Shown: positions 1-14,849 of the stretch, in pieces | Position numbering within the stretch: position 1 is the first letter of the stretch | Layout: each line of letters starts with the position of its first letter | NCBI GenBank assembly: GCA_951406725.2 | Contig: OX597823.1 | Coordinates: 109,244,001 to 109,308,000 of the forward strand | Origin: Octopus vulgaris | Lineage: Eukaryota | Reading direction: 5' to 3' | Length of the DNA: 64,000 nucleotides | Notes under the pieces: model-generated | Told to the model about the DNA's origin: nothing | The model's input: only the letters and a program-made list of their open reading frames with translations | Database searches by the model: none | Made by a program: the position numbers and the translations under genes

Positions 1-369
1 TGACCAACAGCAGGAGAATCAGAGTTAGCAACAACAAAAAGAACAGCGTTAACAACAACACCATTGAAGAAATATGAAATAGTCCCAAACAGCAACATCT
101 GATTGAGACACAATAAAACAAACAATAATAAAAGACCCACAGAATCTACTACAAATACTAATAATAATATTAACAACAACAACAACAATAATAACAATAA
201 TCTTTTCTACTCTAGACACAAGGCCCGAATTTTTTATGTCGCTGTCATAATTTACCGCCAAGCCGTTTTATCGGATTGAAACCCTTATTCTCTCGCTTTC
301 TGTTGAAGGGATGCATTTCACTTTTCAGGTGATTGTTTTGTTGCTAACTCTCAATGAAAGGAGAGTGGT

Positions 370-754
370 GGAGGCGCAATGGCCCAGTGGTTAGAGCAGC
401 GGACTCGCGGTCATAGGATCGCGGTTTCGATTCCCAGAGCGGGCGTTGTGAGTGTTTATTGAGCGAAAACACCTAAAGCTCCACGAGGCTCCGGCAGGGG
501 ATGGTGGTGATCCCTGCTGTACTCTTTCACCACAACTTTCTCTCACTCTTACTTCCTGTTTCTGTTGTACCTGTATTTCAAAGGGCCGGCCTTGTCACTC
601 TCTGTGTCACGCTGAATATCCCCGAGAACTACGTTAAGGGTACACGTGTCTGTGGAGTGCTCAGCCACTTACACGTTAATTTCACGAGCAGGCTGTTCCG
701 TTGATTCGGATCAACCGGAACCCTCATCGTCGTAACCGACGGAGTGCTTCCTTC
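370..754 (+). mobile_element. Full-length tRNA(Arg)-like-headed SINE (octopus OK/OR-type family; exact family name unverified)
   Basis: Pol III A box TGGCCCAGTGG and B-box-like GGTTTCGATTCC, with TCG anticodon-like loop. Flanked by a 14-bp TSD with 1 mismatch: caatgaaaggagag (352-365) / caatggaaggagag (755-768). Confidence 0.85.
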
Positions 755-937
755 CAATGGAAGGAGAGCTCAGTAAGCTTGCGTTGCGGATACGCAGACT
801 CACGCTGACGGTGCTTCACCTACAGAGTTTTCTGGATGGTGAGCAAGTGTTGCCTCTTTATGTAAGGCTCATTTTCTGCACCACATCTTTTTGCCAGAAC
901 GACAGACCGGGTTCTTGAATAAAACTAAGTCTGATAT

Positions 938-1351
938 ACTCTTTACGCTTTTACTTGTTTCAGTCATTTGACTGCGGCCATGCTGGAGCACCGCCTTTAA
1001 TCGAGCAACACGACCCCGGGACTTATTCTTTTTTTTGTAAGCCCAGTACTTATTCTATCGGTATCTTTTGCCGAACCGCTAAGTAACGGGGACGTAAACA
1101 CACCAGCATCGGTTGTCAAGCAATGCTAGGGGGACAAACACAGACACACAAACACACACACGCACATACATATGTATATACATATATACGACGGGCTTCT
1201 TTCAGTTTCCGTCTACCAAATCCACTCACAAGGCTTTGGTCGGCCCGAGGCTATAGTAGAAGGCACTTGCCCAAGGTGCCACGCAGTAGGACTGAACCCG
1301 AAACCATGTGGTTGGTAAACAAGCTACTTACCACACAGCCACTCATGCGCC
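938..1351 (-). mobile_element. tRNA-derived SINE with CORE-like segment and internal (TA/TG)n
   Basis: Minus strand reads ggcgcatgagtggctgtgtggtaag...gggttcagtcc...accttgggcaagtg...gactgaaacaagtaaaag. Same family as the copies at 16494 and 21251. Confidence 0.85.
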
Positions 1352-1646
1352 TATCTTAGATATCAGGAATAACGCCAGGCTCTTTGTAGCTTCTACCAGT
1401 CGAACGATGCGCCGGTGTAACTTTCACTTTAAAACATGTAGAAGACTAGTGGTGGATAAGTGTGAAGACGTTTAGCATCGAAAGGAAAGATGGGGGTGAT
1501 CTGTATCTTTTCCTCAGCTTTGTTTAATATTACTGGTAAAGGAATCAAAGAATATTGCTATATTTCTTGCCAAAAAAATACACGCACTATATATCCGTTT
1601 GTTCTTCACTTGTTCATTATTGTTCTTATTTTATCTTATATCTATC

Positions 1647-1689
1647 GTCTGGAAATTTTTCGTCACACATCTGTAACCTCTTCAGCGAC
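1647..1689 (-). ncRNA. Candidate minimal hammerhead ribozyme (imperfect stem I)
   Basis: gtcg-CTGAAGA-g-gttaca-gatg-tgtgac-GAA-aaattt-C-cagac: 6-bp stem II, palindromic stem III AAATTT, stem I needs a bulge. Confidence 0.4.
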
Positions 1690-2390
1690 TGAACAATATT
1701 AGAGTGAAGCTGACTTTTGAAATATTCCCTTTTCTGATTCGTATCTGTTAATCTGAACTCCACAGATGTTACATTTACTTGCCAATGACATATTACATTT
1801 CTTTTTAATTAGCACCTAACCATTCTCGATATTTTTAAAGAGTTCAACTTATCACTTGATCGACAAGTGTGGGACTTGGTAGCAAACTTTTCTATAATCG
1901 ATCCACGCAATCATAAATTTGTCATTTGTTTCCCACGATTTTTCAATACCATTTTGCCAGTCACTTGTTAGTCTCCTAATCCTCTGCTCTTTCACCACAG
2001 CATTTCTCTTCGTCGGGCGTTAGATGTCTTTCAAGTTACTCACTCTAATGTCCCTGTTTCAAAATAATAGATAAACACATATTGGTCGGTAAATTAAGGT
2101 ACTGTTTCCTTTCAATTTGTCTTTCAAAATTAGCTGGCTCTTTCTTTCTTTACTAAATGTGCTACTTCCCTTTCTGATATACATCCAGTTAATTGTATAA
2201 TTATGGTTTCAAGGTCGATGATAATCACTCATAGTCAGAATCGGCGAGCTTTGGTCCGGCTGCTTTTCGCTTTCTGTCCTGCATCTTTTAGCTGCTTTCG
2301 TAATGTTAACAGTTTTCTCCACCTCAACATTTCCAGAATAATTTTCTATTTCTGCCCTATTACTGCTTGGCTGGTTTTCCCATCAAATTC
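1690..2390 (-). pseudogene. Decayed non-LTR retrotransposon RT fragment (R4/Dong-like RLE clade)
   Basis: Frameshifted minus-strand peptides LTPDEEKCC..., MIAWIDYRKVCYQVPH and EKGIFQ resemble LLPEEQKGC / AWIDYKKAYDSVPH / RGIFQGD of this RT group. Confidence 0.65.
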
Positions 2391-2395
2391 TACTA

Positions 2396-2765
2396 TCTTC
2401 TTCTTCTTCTTCTTCTTCTTCTTCTTCTTCTTCTTCTTCTTCTTCTTCTTCTTCTTCTTCTTCTTCTTCTTCTTCTTCTTCTTCTTCTTCTTCTCCTACT
2501 CTTTCTTTTTCTTCTTCTTCTCCTCCTCATCCTCCTCCTTCTTCTTCTTCTTCTCCTCCTCCTCTTCCTCCTCCTCATCCTTCTTCTTCTTTTTCTTCTT
2601 CTTCTCCTCCTCTTCCTCCTCATCCTTCTTCTTTTTCTTCTAATTTTCCTCCTCTTCCTCCTCATCCTTCTTCTTTTTCTTCTAATTTTCCTCCTCTTCC
2701 TCCTCATCCTTCTTCTTTTTCTTCTAATTTTCCTCCTCTTCCTCCTCATCCTTCTTCTTCTTCTC

Positions 2766-2796
<31 letters not shown>

Positions 2797-2821
2797 TTAT
2801 TATTATTATCATCATCATCAT

Positions 2822-2867
<46 letters not shown>

Positions 2868-2925
2868 TGTAGTAGTAGTAGTAGTTGTTGTTTTCGTCGT
2901 CGTCGTTGTTGTTATTGTAGAAGTA
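2396..2925. repeat. Compound microsatellite (TTC)n/(TCC)n/(ATT)/(TAG)n with a 42-bp higher-order unit
   Basis: Read directly. Unit taattttcctcctcttcctcctcatccttcttctttttcttc starts at 2641, 2683 and 2725. Confidence 0.95.
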
Positions 2926-4079
2926 GTAGTGTGAACGTACAAGTATCATGGCGTGTTTGAGTGTTGCACAGGGGTTTGCTATTAAATTCGGGTTACTTTT
3001 TTGAAGTGTTTTGTCTTTTTAAAATACTCTTTTGTCTGGTTTTCGTGAGGAATATTTGAAGAAAGGAGTGAGATTTTTAATCTTCAAGGTTCTCACGCCT
3101 TTTTTTGGCGTGGGGCGGGTGTTGCAGCAGGAATTGTTGTCATTTCAAGTTTATTTTCTTTGCCAGTTAGAAATTTCCGAAAAAGGTTTTAGTAAACTTT
3201 GTCTTCGCTGTAGATACTCTTGCTGTTGGTCTCATTGTTCTTGTTGCTCTTGAGGTGGTGGTGGTGGTGGTTGATGCAGTAGCAGTAGCAGCAGCAGCAG
3301 TAGTAGGGATGGTAATGGTGGTGGTGGAGGAGAATAAATATGATGAAGATGATGAGGAAGAGATTCGTATAACGGTGGTAGCAATCTTCGTATTGGGGAG
3401 AGTGTATGGAAGGTCACACTCATCAAAGGTGATTCAAACGTCGACGGTATCAATCGCACCTTCATAAGGTCGTTTGACAATTACATAATCAATGATAATT
3501 AAAAGAGAAATAGATATAATCTTGATAATGATATCCGCAGAAAAATAAACAACAGACCAATAACATTTTTGTCTGCACCAACGATAACTAGGACAGTAAG
3601 CAAAAATGAAGTAAAAATATGCAATAAAAATGCAGTAAAAATAAATGAAGCAAAAAAATGTAGTAAAAATGAAGTATAAAAGAAACATTATAAGGTCAGC
3701 AGCAGAGTTATGTACGGGAGCAAACCACTGCTACTAAACTTTGCTCTGTTCCTAGACTTAGGATGACCTGAACGGAAAGTAACTCACCTTCTTATCAACA
3801 GCATTTGTGTCCACACATCACTCAGTGTCGGAGATAGTACGTCACATCCAGAGCGATGTGGACTAGAGGCCCACTATGGTATCCTCAACGTGACTTTTTG
3901 AAATGGTAGGGATGTAATGCAACCAGAGGCGAGAACAATTAAATGGAACAAATCAAAAGTTGCGCCCTAAAGGTTTGATCATTATTAGAGATAACGAAGG
4001 TCGAACTCCACACCAAAATATTACAATGCATCCGCAATTCTGAGTTTTGACATTGAAAGTAAACAACATCTGTAGAAAA

Positions 4080-4312
4080 TTCTGTTGTGTCTGGGGAGAG
4101 TCATTTTCTTTTGTGCCTTATTATGTAACACACTCACCGGTAAAATTTCCACTTATTTCTTATTTATATTTTCCTAAAACTTTCGTTGCGTCTTGCAACC
4201 TTTTGAATTATAAGGCACAAAAAGAAAATGACTCCAGACACTACAGAATATGCTTCAACACACGAACTCATATAAAGAATCTTGCAAACCAAATCCAAAA
4301 ACGATATATCTG
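4080..4312 (+). mobile_element. Non-autonomous DNA element with ~40-bp internal inverted repeats
   Basis: tctgttgtgtctggggagagtcattttcttttgtgcctta (4081-4120) is inverted at about 4210-4249. A second copy lies in the opposite orientation at 53601-54306. Confidence 0.65.
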
Positions 4313-5574
4313 TAGGAAACACTTATGAAAAAAAAAAACTATTTGGTGATACTTATGTTTTGCCGTTTCATTGTCGACAACAATATCAACATTGAAATAT
4401 TGATATTCGAATGCACGAGGCCAAGGTGAAGCTGGTAGTTTGATCACCCAATTGCCGACTGCAAGTTACTTTGATGTTGATGTGGCAGTCATAAGCGAAA
4501 CCAATGTTTGTGATGTACAGTGGAACCACTTCTTGATTATGCAAGATCTACAACTCCTTGGGTGTACACGGAGTTGTATATCTTACTATCATTATGTTAA
4601 CCATGACCAACCTGCTTTTTCTTTGCTTCAACGTAAAGTAGCATTCAACGATCGGTTTTTATGGGTACAAGTGGGTATATATGGGGTTTAAATCTGATGA
4701 ATCATTCCACTAACATACAGCAAAAGGTTTTAGCTGTCATGAATTGTTTCAAAAGTTTCATATTATAGAGAATGTTCAAAAGGGTTATGCACCATGGAGG
4801 GGTCCTTCGACGTCCGTTCATCTGCTGTGTGTGATGTCAGCATTGACGAATTTCGTTATGATTCTCTTGAACACACTGGTCATTATTGATTAATGGTAAG
4901 TAAAATGCAAATTAGTTTGTGGTTCTTCTTCTGACATCATCCAGAAATGATTCGGTGTCTGTAAAGTTTGTGTAAATGGCTCCCCTTAAAACTCCCCAAA
5001 AGAATATTGTCTTGAAATCTGTCAATGACATTTAGATCACTGTGTTAAAGAAGGTGACACCTTCTACGAAAAATTGCATGTTGGTGAGAATTTTATAGGG
5101 TCAGTTGTAATAAGTACTGTCTTCCCTTAGAAAATATGCAAAAAAAAAATATGTAAAAGTGCAGAAAATGACTGAAAATTGTCATAGAGAGAAGGTTTTG
5201 CATGTAATACATATACCTACGAAACTAAGTGCATACACATAAACGCCCTCCCCACACATAACATATCAACGCCTTGTCCTCATGCTTCAATAGTCAGTCG
5301 TCAATTTGTGCCTTTTTTTAATGTATTTTTAGCCGCGGTATCTCTTCTTTTCCCACTCCTCCTCTCCATCTTTTTAGCACTCCTCCATCACCCCTCAGTG
5401 TCATTTTACGTTTTGCTATTGACACTCACAGCGCATACATACATGCATACAAACGAATACGCACATATAGACACATATACACACTCCAAGCATGGTGATT
5501 GCAAGGCTATCGTGATTATTGTATTAAATCCCTATCTCTAGCGTCGTTGGGAACAGGAGATGGATAAACACAAC

Positions 5575-5985
<411 letters not shown>

Positions 5986-6415
5986 AGCAGAAAGAGGGAA
6001 AGGGCTGGGGAGATGGATAGAGGTGAGATTAAGAAATAGTGTGTGAAACACCTCTTAGGCATTGATTGTCACCAGAACTGCGTCATCTCTCACCCACCTC
6101 ATTGCCATCAATTCTACTCACTTAGTGGAGTGATGGTTTGTTAGTGTAATTTTGTGTTCGTCTTCAAGCTTACTTTGTTGTTATTTTATTTTTTTGTTTT
6201 TGATGAGGATAATGTCGATGCTGATTATGATGTTGTCATTTCCATTTCCTCAAAAAAACAAAAAAAAAACAAAAAAAACACAAAAATACCCCCAGATACT
6301 GTCTTATCATTCATTGAATCTTACAAAATGGTCCCCTAAATTCTATCACTACACATTTGCCCTAATTTCAAAGCCATTTCCTTAGTTATTTGTGTCCTGA
6401 TTATACACACCCACA

Positions 6416-6453
<38 letters not shown>

Positions 6454-7154
6454 GCAGGCACACACACACTTATATAAAAGCACATACATAATACATGTAT
6501 AAATGCTCGTATGTGTGTGCGAATGCGCGCACACACACATACACAAACACACGCACCCACACATATTATATATCACCACACACACTTTTCCCCTTCTTTT
6601 TGATGGACTGTATCTTTTATCGAAATGTCTTTTTCACTTTTTTTTTCTTCCTTCTTCTTCTCACTGGTGTCCATGTCTAAAAACAATAGTTGTATCCTTC
6701 TTATTAATATGGCCCCGGGGGTAACATACAACTCTAAAGGATAACTGTACATTAGGTATCAACTAAATTCTATTTTGAATATTTTCCTCCTATTTCTTAT
6801 TTTATATATCTATCTTTTTATATTATTTTCGCCATTTTTGTTTCACTACTATTTCTTTTAAAATGCTTTTTGTACATTTTTTCTTCGGCCATTATTGTTG
6901 TTGCTATTATTATTACTGTTTCTATGTACGCGTTGTATTGTTTTCGCAATTTTACTTATTTAGTTATTTTCGTTTTAATGCCTTATTTTTTTTTATTTTA
7001 TTCTTCTTCTGTAATTGTTGTTGTTGTTTAATTTCCATCCAATTTTGCAATCACTTTATTTTTGGTATACTTTAGTCGTGCATTTTATCTTTCTGATTCG
7101 TAGTGCAGACAGTCTTCTAGGATTAGCGAAGCATGCAGCAGGACAATGAACGTC

Positions 7155-7216
<62 letters not shown>

Positions 7217-7503
7217 GTGTATATATATATATAAATATATATGTATATATGTATATATGTATGTATGTATATATAAAAAACAAATTTAAAAAATAGCAAA
7301 AAGCTAAATTTATTGTCATCATCACCATCATCACCATCATCATTATACCTATTCCTGCTCTTGTTCTTTTCGTTCTTGATGTTATTAATATTATTAGTAT
7401 TTATCGTAATGGCTTTTCTTTCTCTATCTTCTTGCAATGTCCTCATCCATTGGTCTTGAGATAAATAGAACCATGGATGTTATTGCTGCTGCTGCTGCTG
7501 CTG

Positions 7504-7546
<43 letters not shown>

Positions 7547-7713
7547 ACTACTGCTGCTGCTGCTACCGCTAACATTTTCTTCAGTAGTAGTATTAGTATT
7601 GATACAGCTCTTAGTAGTTGTAGCAATATCTGTTTTGTGTTTTTATTACTTTTGTTTTTTCATCATTATTGTTATTTTGCTTTATATTTTATTACTGTTC
7701 AAATTTCTTACTT

Positions 7714-7884
<171 letters not shown>

Positions 7885-8047
7885 CATACAGACACACACA
7901 GACATACAAACATACAATTTAGCCATATGCCTGTTCCATCTCAGTAGCCGAGAATATGTCGTTTTACTTCTGACTAAACACTCCATTATTCTTTTCCAAT
8001 TACCTATTTTCTTCCATTTTACCCTTTCACCTTTTGTCTTCTGTTTA

Positions 8048-8097
<50 letters not shown>

Positions 8098-8420
8098 GAA
8101 AGAAAGTGAGTGAGATATCTTTAATTTATCTATAAAACTCGTTCTTTGTCTTCCATGTAGCCATAACATTCCCGTCCTGATCTCACTCAGTCTACTTTAT
8201 CCATATCTTATCCTCTACTCTGCCGGCGCGCTTAGTCTGAATATATTTATTGCGTTCTCCAACGCTTCCCACTCTTTATGTGCGTCAGTCTTGCTCTCTC
8301 ATACATACACTTACTTCCATATACATGCACACATATAAGATATCTCTCTTATGCACGCACACTTATGAATGTATATATATATATACATACAAACATATAT
8401 ACATGTATATATATACACAC

Positions 8421-8516
<96 letters not shown>

Positions 8517-8622
8517 TTTCATATAAAACTTACTTGGAAAAGGATGCATGGCGTTTTTGATGTTCTGTACCCATATATGCATGTATATATGCATATATTT
8601 ATATATCATTTATATTATTATA

Positions 8623-8676
<54 letters not shown>

Positions 8677-9132
8677 TATGTATATATATATACACATATA
8701 TATGTATATATATCTATACATATATATTTACGCATACATATATATATATATATATATATTTCATATATTTTTCACCGTGCATGTGTATATATGTATGGAT
8801 TTATATATGTATATATACGTGCACGTTTGTATATATTTGTATGTGTGTGGAGGGGTGTTTGTGTGTGCTTATGTATGTGTGTGTGTGTGTGCCAACTCTC
8901 TACCTCTGTATTTAATTCACATTTTCCTCTCCAAATTCTACCACTATTACATACTTATATGTCGACCATTTCGCTGCTGTATTTGTTCTGTCTTGATATC
9001 CCTCTTTTCTTTTTCTCTTTCCTTCCCATTCTGAACCCGGTCACTATCTTTATTTCTCTATTACAATTTCTCTGTACTATATTTCAGTCGTCGTCTCTAT
9101 TGCACTTCGCATTCTATATAAGAATTAAGGAT

Positions 9133-9172
<40 letters not shown>

Positions 9173-9687
9173 ACACACACCCACACCCACACACACACAT
9201 GCACGCATGCACACATGAAATTTATTCTTTTCTGTATTAATGATCCACTCTTCATTTTCATCAACGTTGCTAAAAGCTATTCTCGTTCATACAACTACCT
9301 AAATACCACGTTTATAATCTTTAGCAACCTTTTCTACAGCATCAGTAACATGTTTAATACAAACGTCTTTCGTATTTATAATTTTTCTACACGTTTATTT
9401 GACTATGTAACATCCAAATCAATGTAAGTCAGTGTCTCTTTGACTGACTAATACCCGATCTCTGTTACATATCTATGGAATTTTTGCCCTTCTCAGATCG
9501 CAATCTTTATCAATGAAGTAGAAAAAAAAGGCGAAGTCAAAAATTAAAAAGAATACAGAGATTGCGTCCATACTTTCTTTTCCATAATTTTAAGACCTTA
9601 AGAACCATCTTCATTTTATTAAGCAGTTTCTCTCCCCTTGTTCTGATTGGGAATATGAAAGTAAGTCATATTTTTCAATGTATTACT

Positions 9688-9862
9688 GTTGTGTCGACGC
9701 CTCCAGACGATGAAGTAGGCTACCCCATTACGACGAGGATGAGATCCACTGTTATATCGCACGTTCGGAGGACCTCTACTCAACTACTCGACGTCTAGAT
9801 TTCTTCCTCTATATCTACGTATTGGGCTAGCCTACTTCATTGTCTGAGGGCGTCGACACAAC
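9688..9862. mobile_element. MITE with ~45-bp TIRs and 7-bp TSD
   Basis: gttgtgtcgacgcctccagacgatgaagtaggctacccc ... gggctagcctacttcattgtctgagggcgtcgacacaac, flanked by tattact on both sides (9681-9687, 9863-9869). Confidence 0.8.
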
Positions 9863-11759
9863 TATTACTAGTATTAAAACACCTCAGTTTATGACTAGAG
9901 TCATTTTATCGATCTAATGGAGGAAAAGTTAAGTGCACATCTGGGTACAAGTACTCATTAACGAGAATAATCATTCCAGGGTTGATGTAATATGTTCTAT
10001 TTTCTTTCATTTATGTCATTACTATAAACGCCTTATTGTTTTCGAAACATTTCTTTATCCCCTAATGAGACATAAAGTCAAATTTCATACAAAAATGAAA
10101 TCATTGATAATTGAATTAATCTTACTTCAATTGCGAAACAAGGTGACCAGTCAGAAATATTAAAAAAAAAATTTTTTGACGTCTTTATCAAGGAAATGTA
10201 CGTTTGATAACGTAGTTGTTATCGATAGAAAAGGTGGTATTTACAGGTAGAATGCCAATGATGAAATGTACACTTGGTCTAAGTTAATCTGTAGGTAAAC
10301 CAAAAACAATTACAATACCCTCCTCATCATCACCAACAAGTCTTTTTCCCATCGACTCCTTTATGGTGAGGATTCAAATCACAATGTGCTTTGAAATTAA
10401 GCAGTAAACAGAATTTAACAACCCGTCGTACTTATATTCAATAATAATAATGATTGGGAACCAATATTCAGAAACGAGAAGAAACAGTAAAATGGGTGCT
10501 AATGGTAACGTAATGATTCACAGAATGTTATTTAATTTAAATTATGCCATTTAGTGGTAAGGACATATTTAATTTCTTTATTTGTCTCCCTTGCTTCTAT
10601 GCCAAAATTAGTCATAAAAGTGATGAATATGTCCCTCGTTACCTATATAACGGTAATTAATTAAAATATGTTGGCGACTAAATTAACAGTGTTAACTCTC
10701 ATTTTACTATATTTTGGAACATACGATGATGTTTTATTCACAACGCGAATTTTATATATGCATTTAAAATCAGCGAGAAATAACACGAAATTTGCTTAAC
10801 TTTATTACCTATAAAAGATTTGTTTTACAAAATTTAAATATGCTTTTGATGCTGTCAATTTAAACAGCGTAGATGGAAGGAAGAAAGCATAAGAACAAAG
10901 GCAGATGTAAAGCGGCTGATGAGAGTAAGCATCATTAGCTTCGATTTTACTGGTCAGCAACCTAAGCTGTTACTTCATCTTTTCCGAATGACTCTTGGAC
11001 ACTAATTCTAAATATATCATTAGCGTTTCTCTAGCACGTATATGCTTTGGAATATAGCTTTTATTTTGCCCAATTTTAACAATTTGTTCCATTTTGGAAT
11101 GGGCTATGTAAACAATCTTGGACAGGCAATCTTATGGGTATTCATTGCAGAAAACCCAGTTTTGTGAGCACCAGAAAACAATAGTTAATATAATGTTTTC
11201 TTCGTTGTGTCTTTCGAATTGATAGTAATCATTTCTTGTTGCTTAATGAAACGTACAGCCCAGTAAAAGAAACAAAATAAATTTGATGAGGCACCTTCTA
11301 CTTGCGTTGGTCGCCTATTTACACACCAAAACGAATCTCGTATATTTTTGTAAGAACCGTCCAGTCAATTGTTATGTGTTAACTGTCAAAGCACACTAAA
11401 CACAGCAAGAAAAGACTGGATGACTTTTTCATAGTCGTTGAAGCCTGATTAAATGGCAAATAACCATAAAAATAAAATAAAATAAATAACTAAAAAACTC
11501 TTTCAGATATAATTAACAAACAATATTTCGTCAATTACCAAACAATGTTTCATCTCAAAAACTACAGGTGCGACTGAAAAACTGAAGAGTTTAAAATTAG
11601 CACAAAAAATACTTTATGCTTCATGAACAATAACCTATGGAAGTTTTTTGTTTATAAGTGTCTCCGAGCACTTAATATTGTTTTAAATCAAAGTATGAGA
11701 CCTTTCCCTCAAGTATATTCCTTTAATACTAGTATATGTAAAGATAGTATAATATTGTA

Positions 11760-12190
11760 CGAGGAAATGCGTATCATCTACTTCGGGTGAAATAAAAAGA
11801 GTTACTTTATCTGAAGTCGCATCAGCAATATCTTCACAATGATGTTGTAGGCTCTTCCTGTGATAGTGACTAAAGGTATTGCATTATTAGAACACGTCAT
11901 TATCTTCAGCAGGTATGTCAGGGCCACATCTGTGTCGCCCGTTAGTGAGTATTCTAAAGAAGCAGAAACTGAATTAGCTTCCTAATATAAAAAAGTTGTA
12001 TCTGCAGTATCTTGTCAATTATAACCACCTCTTCCGGAGTGGTGAGCTTACCCTTCAAACTTACATGCATCCCTTACTTGGAGGTCTGAGGAAAAATTAA
12101 GAAAAATGTTAAATATATTCATGCTTTGTGGCATCAATGGATGGGTTGTATTGTTTATTGACTGAAGCCTTTGGCAATATTTAAATCTTA
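11760..12190 (-). pseudogene. Possible very decayed RTE-like LINE RT fragment
   Basis: Weak minus-strand resemblance: LTGDTD to SPDGDTD, and EDIADATSDKVTL to ITDADYADDLAL. Confidence 0.3.
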
Positions 12191-14388
12191 GATCGTATTA
12201 CTACGCACCCACATACAGCTATATGTATATATATATATATATATATACACACACGTATGTATATATGTATGTATATATACACACACGTACATGTACGTAC
12301 ATACATATATATATATATACATATATATACATATATATACACACATAAATATATACGGAGAGAGAGCGGGGAAAGTATTTCTGTGTGTGCCAGATATGTA
12401 TGTGTGTGTGTGTGTCAGTTTATCGCAAAAGGCTCTGCTATCTGGTCGTAGCCCATCGTGATACAAGTAATATTATTTCGATAACGCACTGCAGATTCCA
12501 TATTACAGATTCCTGATTTCAGATTGAGATTACCATCCAACTGTTATCATTCTGCCATTCAGCAATGCATGCTCTTACCATTGTCTCATTGCTCATTGAT
12601 TAACCAAACGTTTTCGTAAGAAGAATCTTTGTTTAATCAAAATAAAATCATATCATTTCACTATCATCATCTGCAACACATCTGCAAAGAAATCGGCGAT
12701 AAAAATAAAATAAGGAAAGTAACCGATGATTATAACGTTTAAGATGAATGATATGTCAAATGCTGGAAACTAAAATCCTGGAAAAATAACAAAAACTGAA
12801 ACCTACAAAAGTCATGAAAAAATTTCAAAAAGAATCATGAATCGCACAGACAATAGTATACGGTAGAAAAGCAACAACATCGCGTCAGGCGGCAGTATTA
12901 ATAAAAGCAACAACTAGTGGCGGCATAAATTACGAGGAAACACCGACCACAGTAATAATAATATTACAACAAAAACGAATTGAATACAAAACTAAAAGGA
13001 AAAGAATTCTAAATCATACCAAAAGTTTCCAATAAAAGAAAGTTGTCTTATCGAACGAAATGAATCCTTTCATCCAAAATATGTGTGTACAAGAGAAATG
13101 GTCATGGTAGATGGTTCTTAATTCAGAACCCAGCATTACGAATCTGAAGCATTTTATAATATAACAACCGAAACACATGCAGTTGTAGGGATAGATGTGA
13201 GCACGTTTGCATGTGTAATTTGCTATGAAAATTGATCTTAAAAAAAAAATTGAGAAGGCGGTACTTGATTCATAAGAACAAAAGCAGGGTGGTAAAAGAT
13301 TGGCTTAGAAAAATCTAATGGAAAACAAGAGGTTGACTAAATTATAACATTTTCTTTGAAAACAACTATTTGTCATTATTTGTCCCTCAGTTTTGTTCAA
13401 AGAAATAAGCAAAGCGAATATTTTGTATATGAATTGGGAACAGATCTGGAACAGTGCAAAACAGATTACATTAGGGAGTTTTATGATTGGTAGCATATAA
13501 ATTTGTTTTCTTATTTCGAATTATGTCTGAGTGCGTGAGCATACTCATTTTATACACACACACACACACAGACACACACACACACACATACAAGTATATG
13601 TTCCTTAGATATTCCTTCTATAAATTGCATATAGTTCAACATATATCTATGTAAATGTGTTTACACATTTACACGAATTCGAATATGTATGTATATGTTT
13701 TCACACATACATATAGACATATACATGTGTAGGCATGCGCATGCATGTATGTGTTTGTGTTTCTGTCTGTATAGGTGCGGAGGGTGTGCTCAGAGTGAAT
13801 TCTGCAGTGTTCCATGTAAACAACCGGTGAGTGAAATTTTCAACAAGATTTCGATTCAATTTTGTCGATTCGTCGCTTTGCTTCGGCTTCTGTTTCACTA
13901 CCGAGAAACTATTACACTTTTCGCTCAGTTATTGTCATAGCTCTAACTAATATAATTTATTTAAACATTTTCATCGAGCACATTTGATTCCTGTTCAGGC
14001 GAAATAAGATGTGCCGATGTGAAGCAAATCTGTATTGAAATACATGTATGTATATATGTGTCTATATTGTCTTTGAACTCTCTCACACACCCACACATTA
14101 ATATATATAAATTGAAGTTCAGGTTAATGCATATACATATGTATATGAAGGTGCTGAAATGAAAACGACGCGTAAGACAAGTGAAAGGTTATGATTCTTT
14201 GAGGCAATGTTAACGCTTCGGAATGTAAAGAAAAACGTATAAAATCTGTAGGTTCATTTCACAACCATATACTAATATATTTATATAGTTTTATACATGT
14301 ATGTATAATATATATATGTTTGCGTGAATCTAACCATCCATTTATCTCTCAATCTCTAACGACAAATGCATATGTGTGTGTGCGAGTG

Positions 14389-14434
<46 letters not shown>

Positions 14435-14591
14435 TTAGTTTGTTGGAAGGAACAAGAAGTATAGAGCCTAATACGTAAGAGTGTTACGTATTATATATAT
14501 ATATACATATATATATATGTATGTATGCATATATATATGTATGTATGCATATATATATATGTATGTATATATATATATATATATGCAAAAA

Positions 14592-14628
14592 CTGTCTGAT
14601 GAACGGCAACGATAAACTATAGTAACAG
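14592..14628 (+). ncRNA. Decayed minimal hammerhead ribozyme
   Basis: ctgt-CTGATGA-acg-gcaa-cga-TAAA-c-tata-g-TA-acag: stem I ctgt/acag, palindromic stem III ACTATAGT, GUA site. G12 is replaced by T. Confidence 0.55.
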
Positions 14629-14666
14629 ATTTATATTATAATTTTATGTATGCTATAAATATATGT

Positions 14667-14705
<39 letters not shown>

Positions 14706-14758
14706 GCATATATATATATATATATGTATGTATGTATGCATATATATATATGTATGTA

Positions 14759-14798
<40 letters not shown>

Positions 14799-14817
14799 TA
14801 TATATATATATGCACGC

Positions 14818-14849
<32 letters not shown>

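Noticed and set aside
370-445. Genuine tRNA-Arg gene
   Set aside because: The acceptor stem does not close, and the sequence continues into a SINE body with TSDs.
4380-5120. Minus-strand Tc1-like transposase remnant
   Set aside because: Only faint motif echoes (GRRRTP, WPRAF) and no TIRs found.
10913-10960. Hammerhead (ctgatgag...cgatt)
   Set aside because: No GAAA and no stem III.
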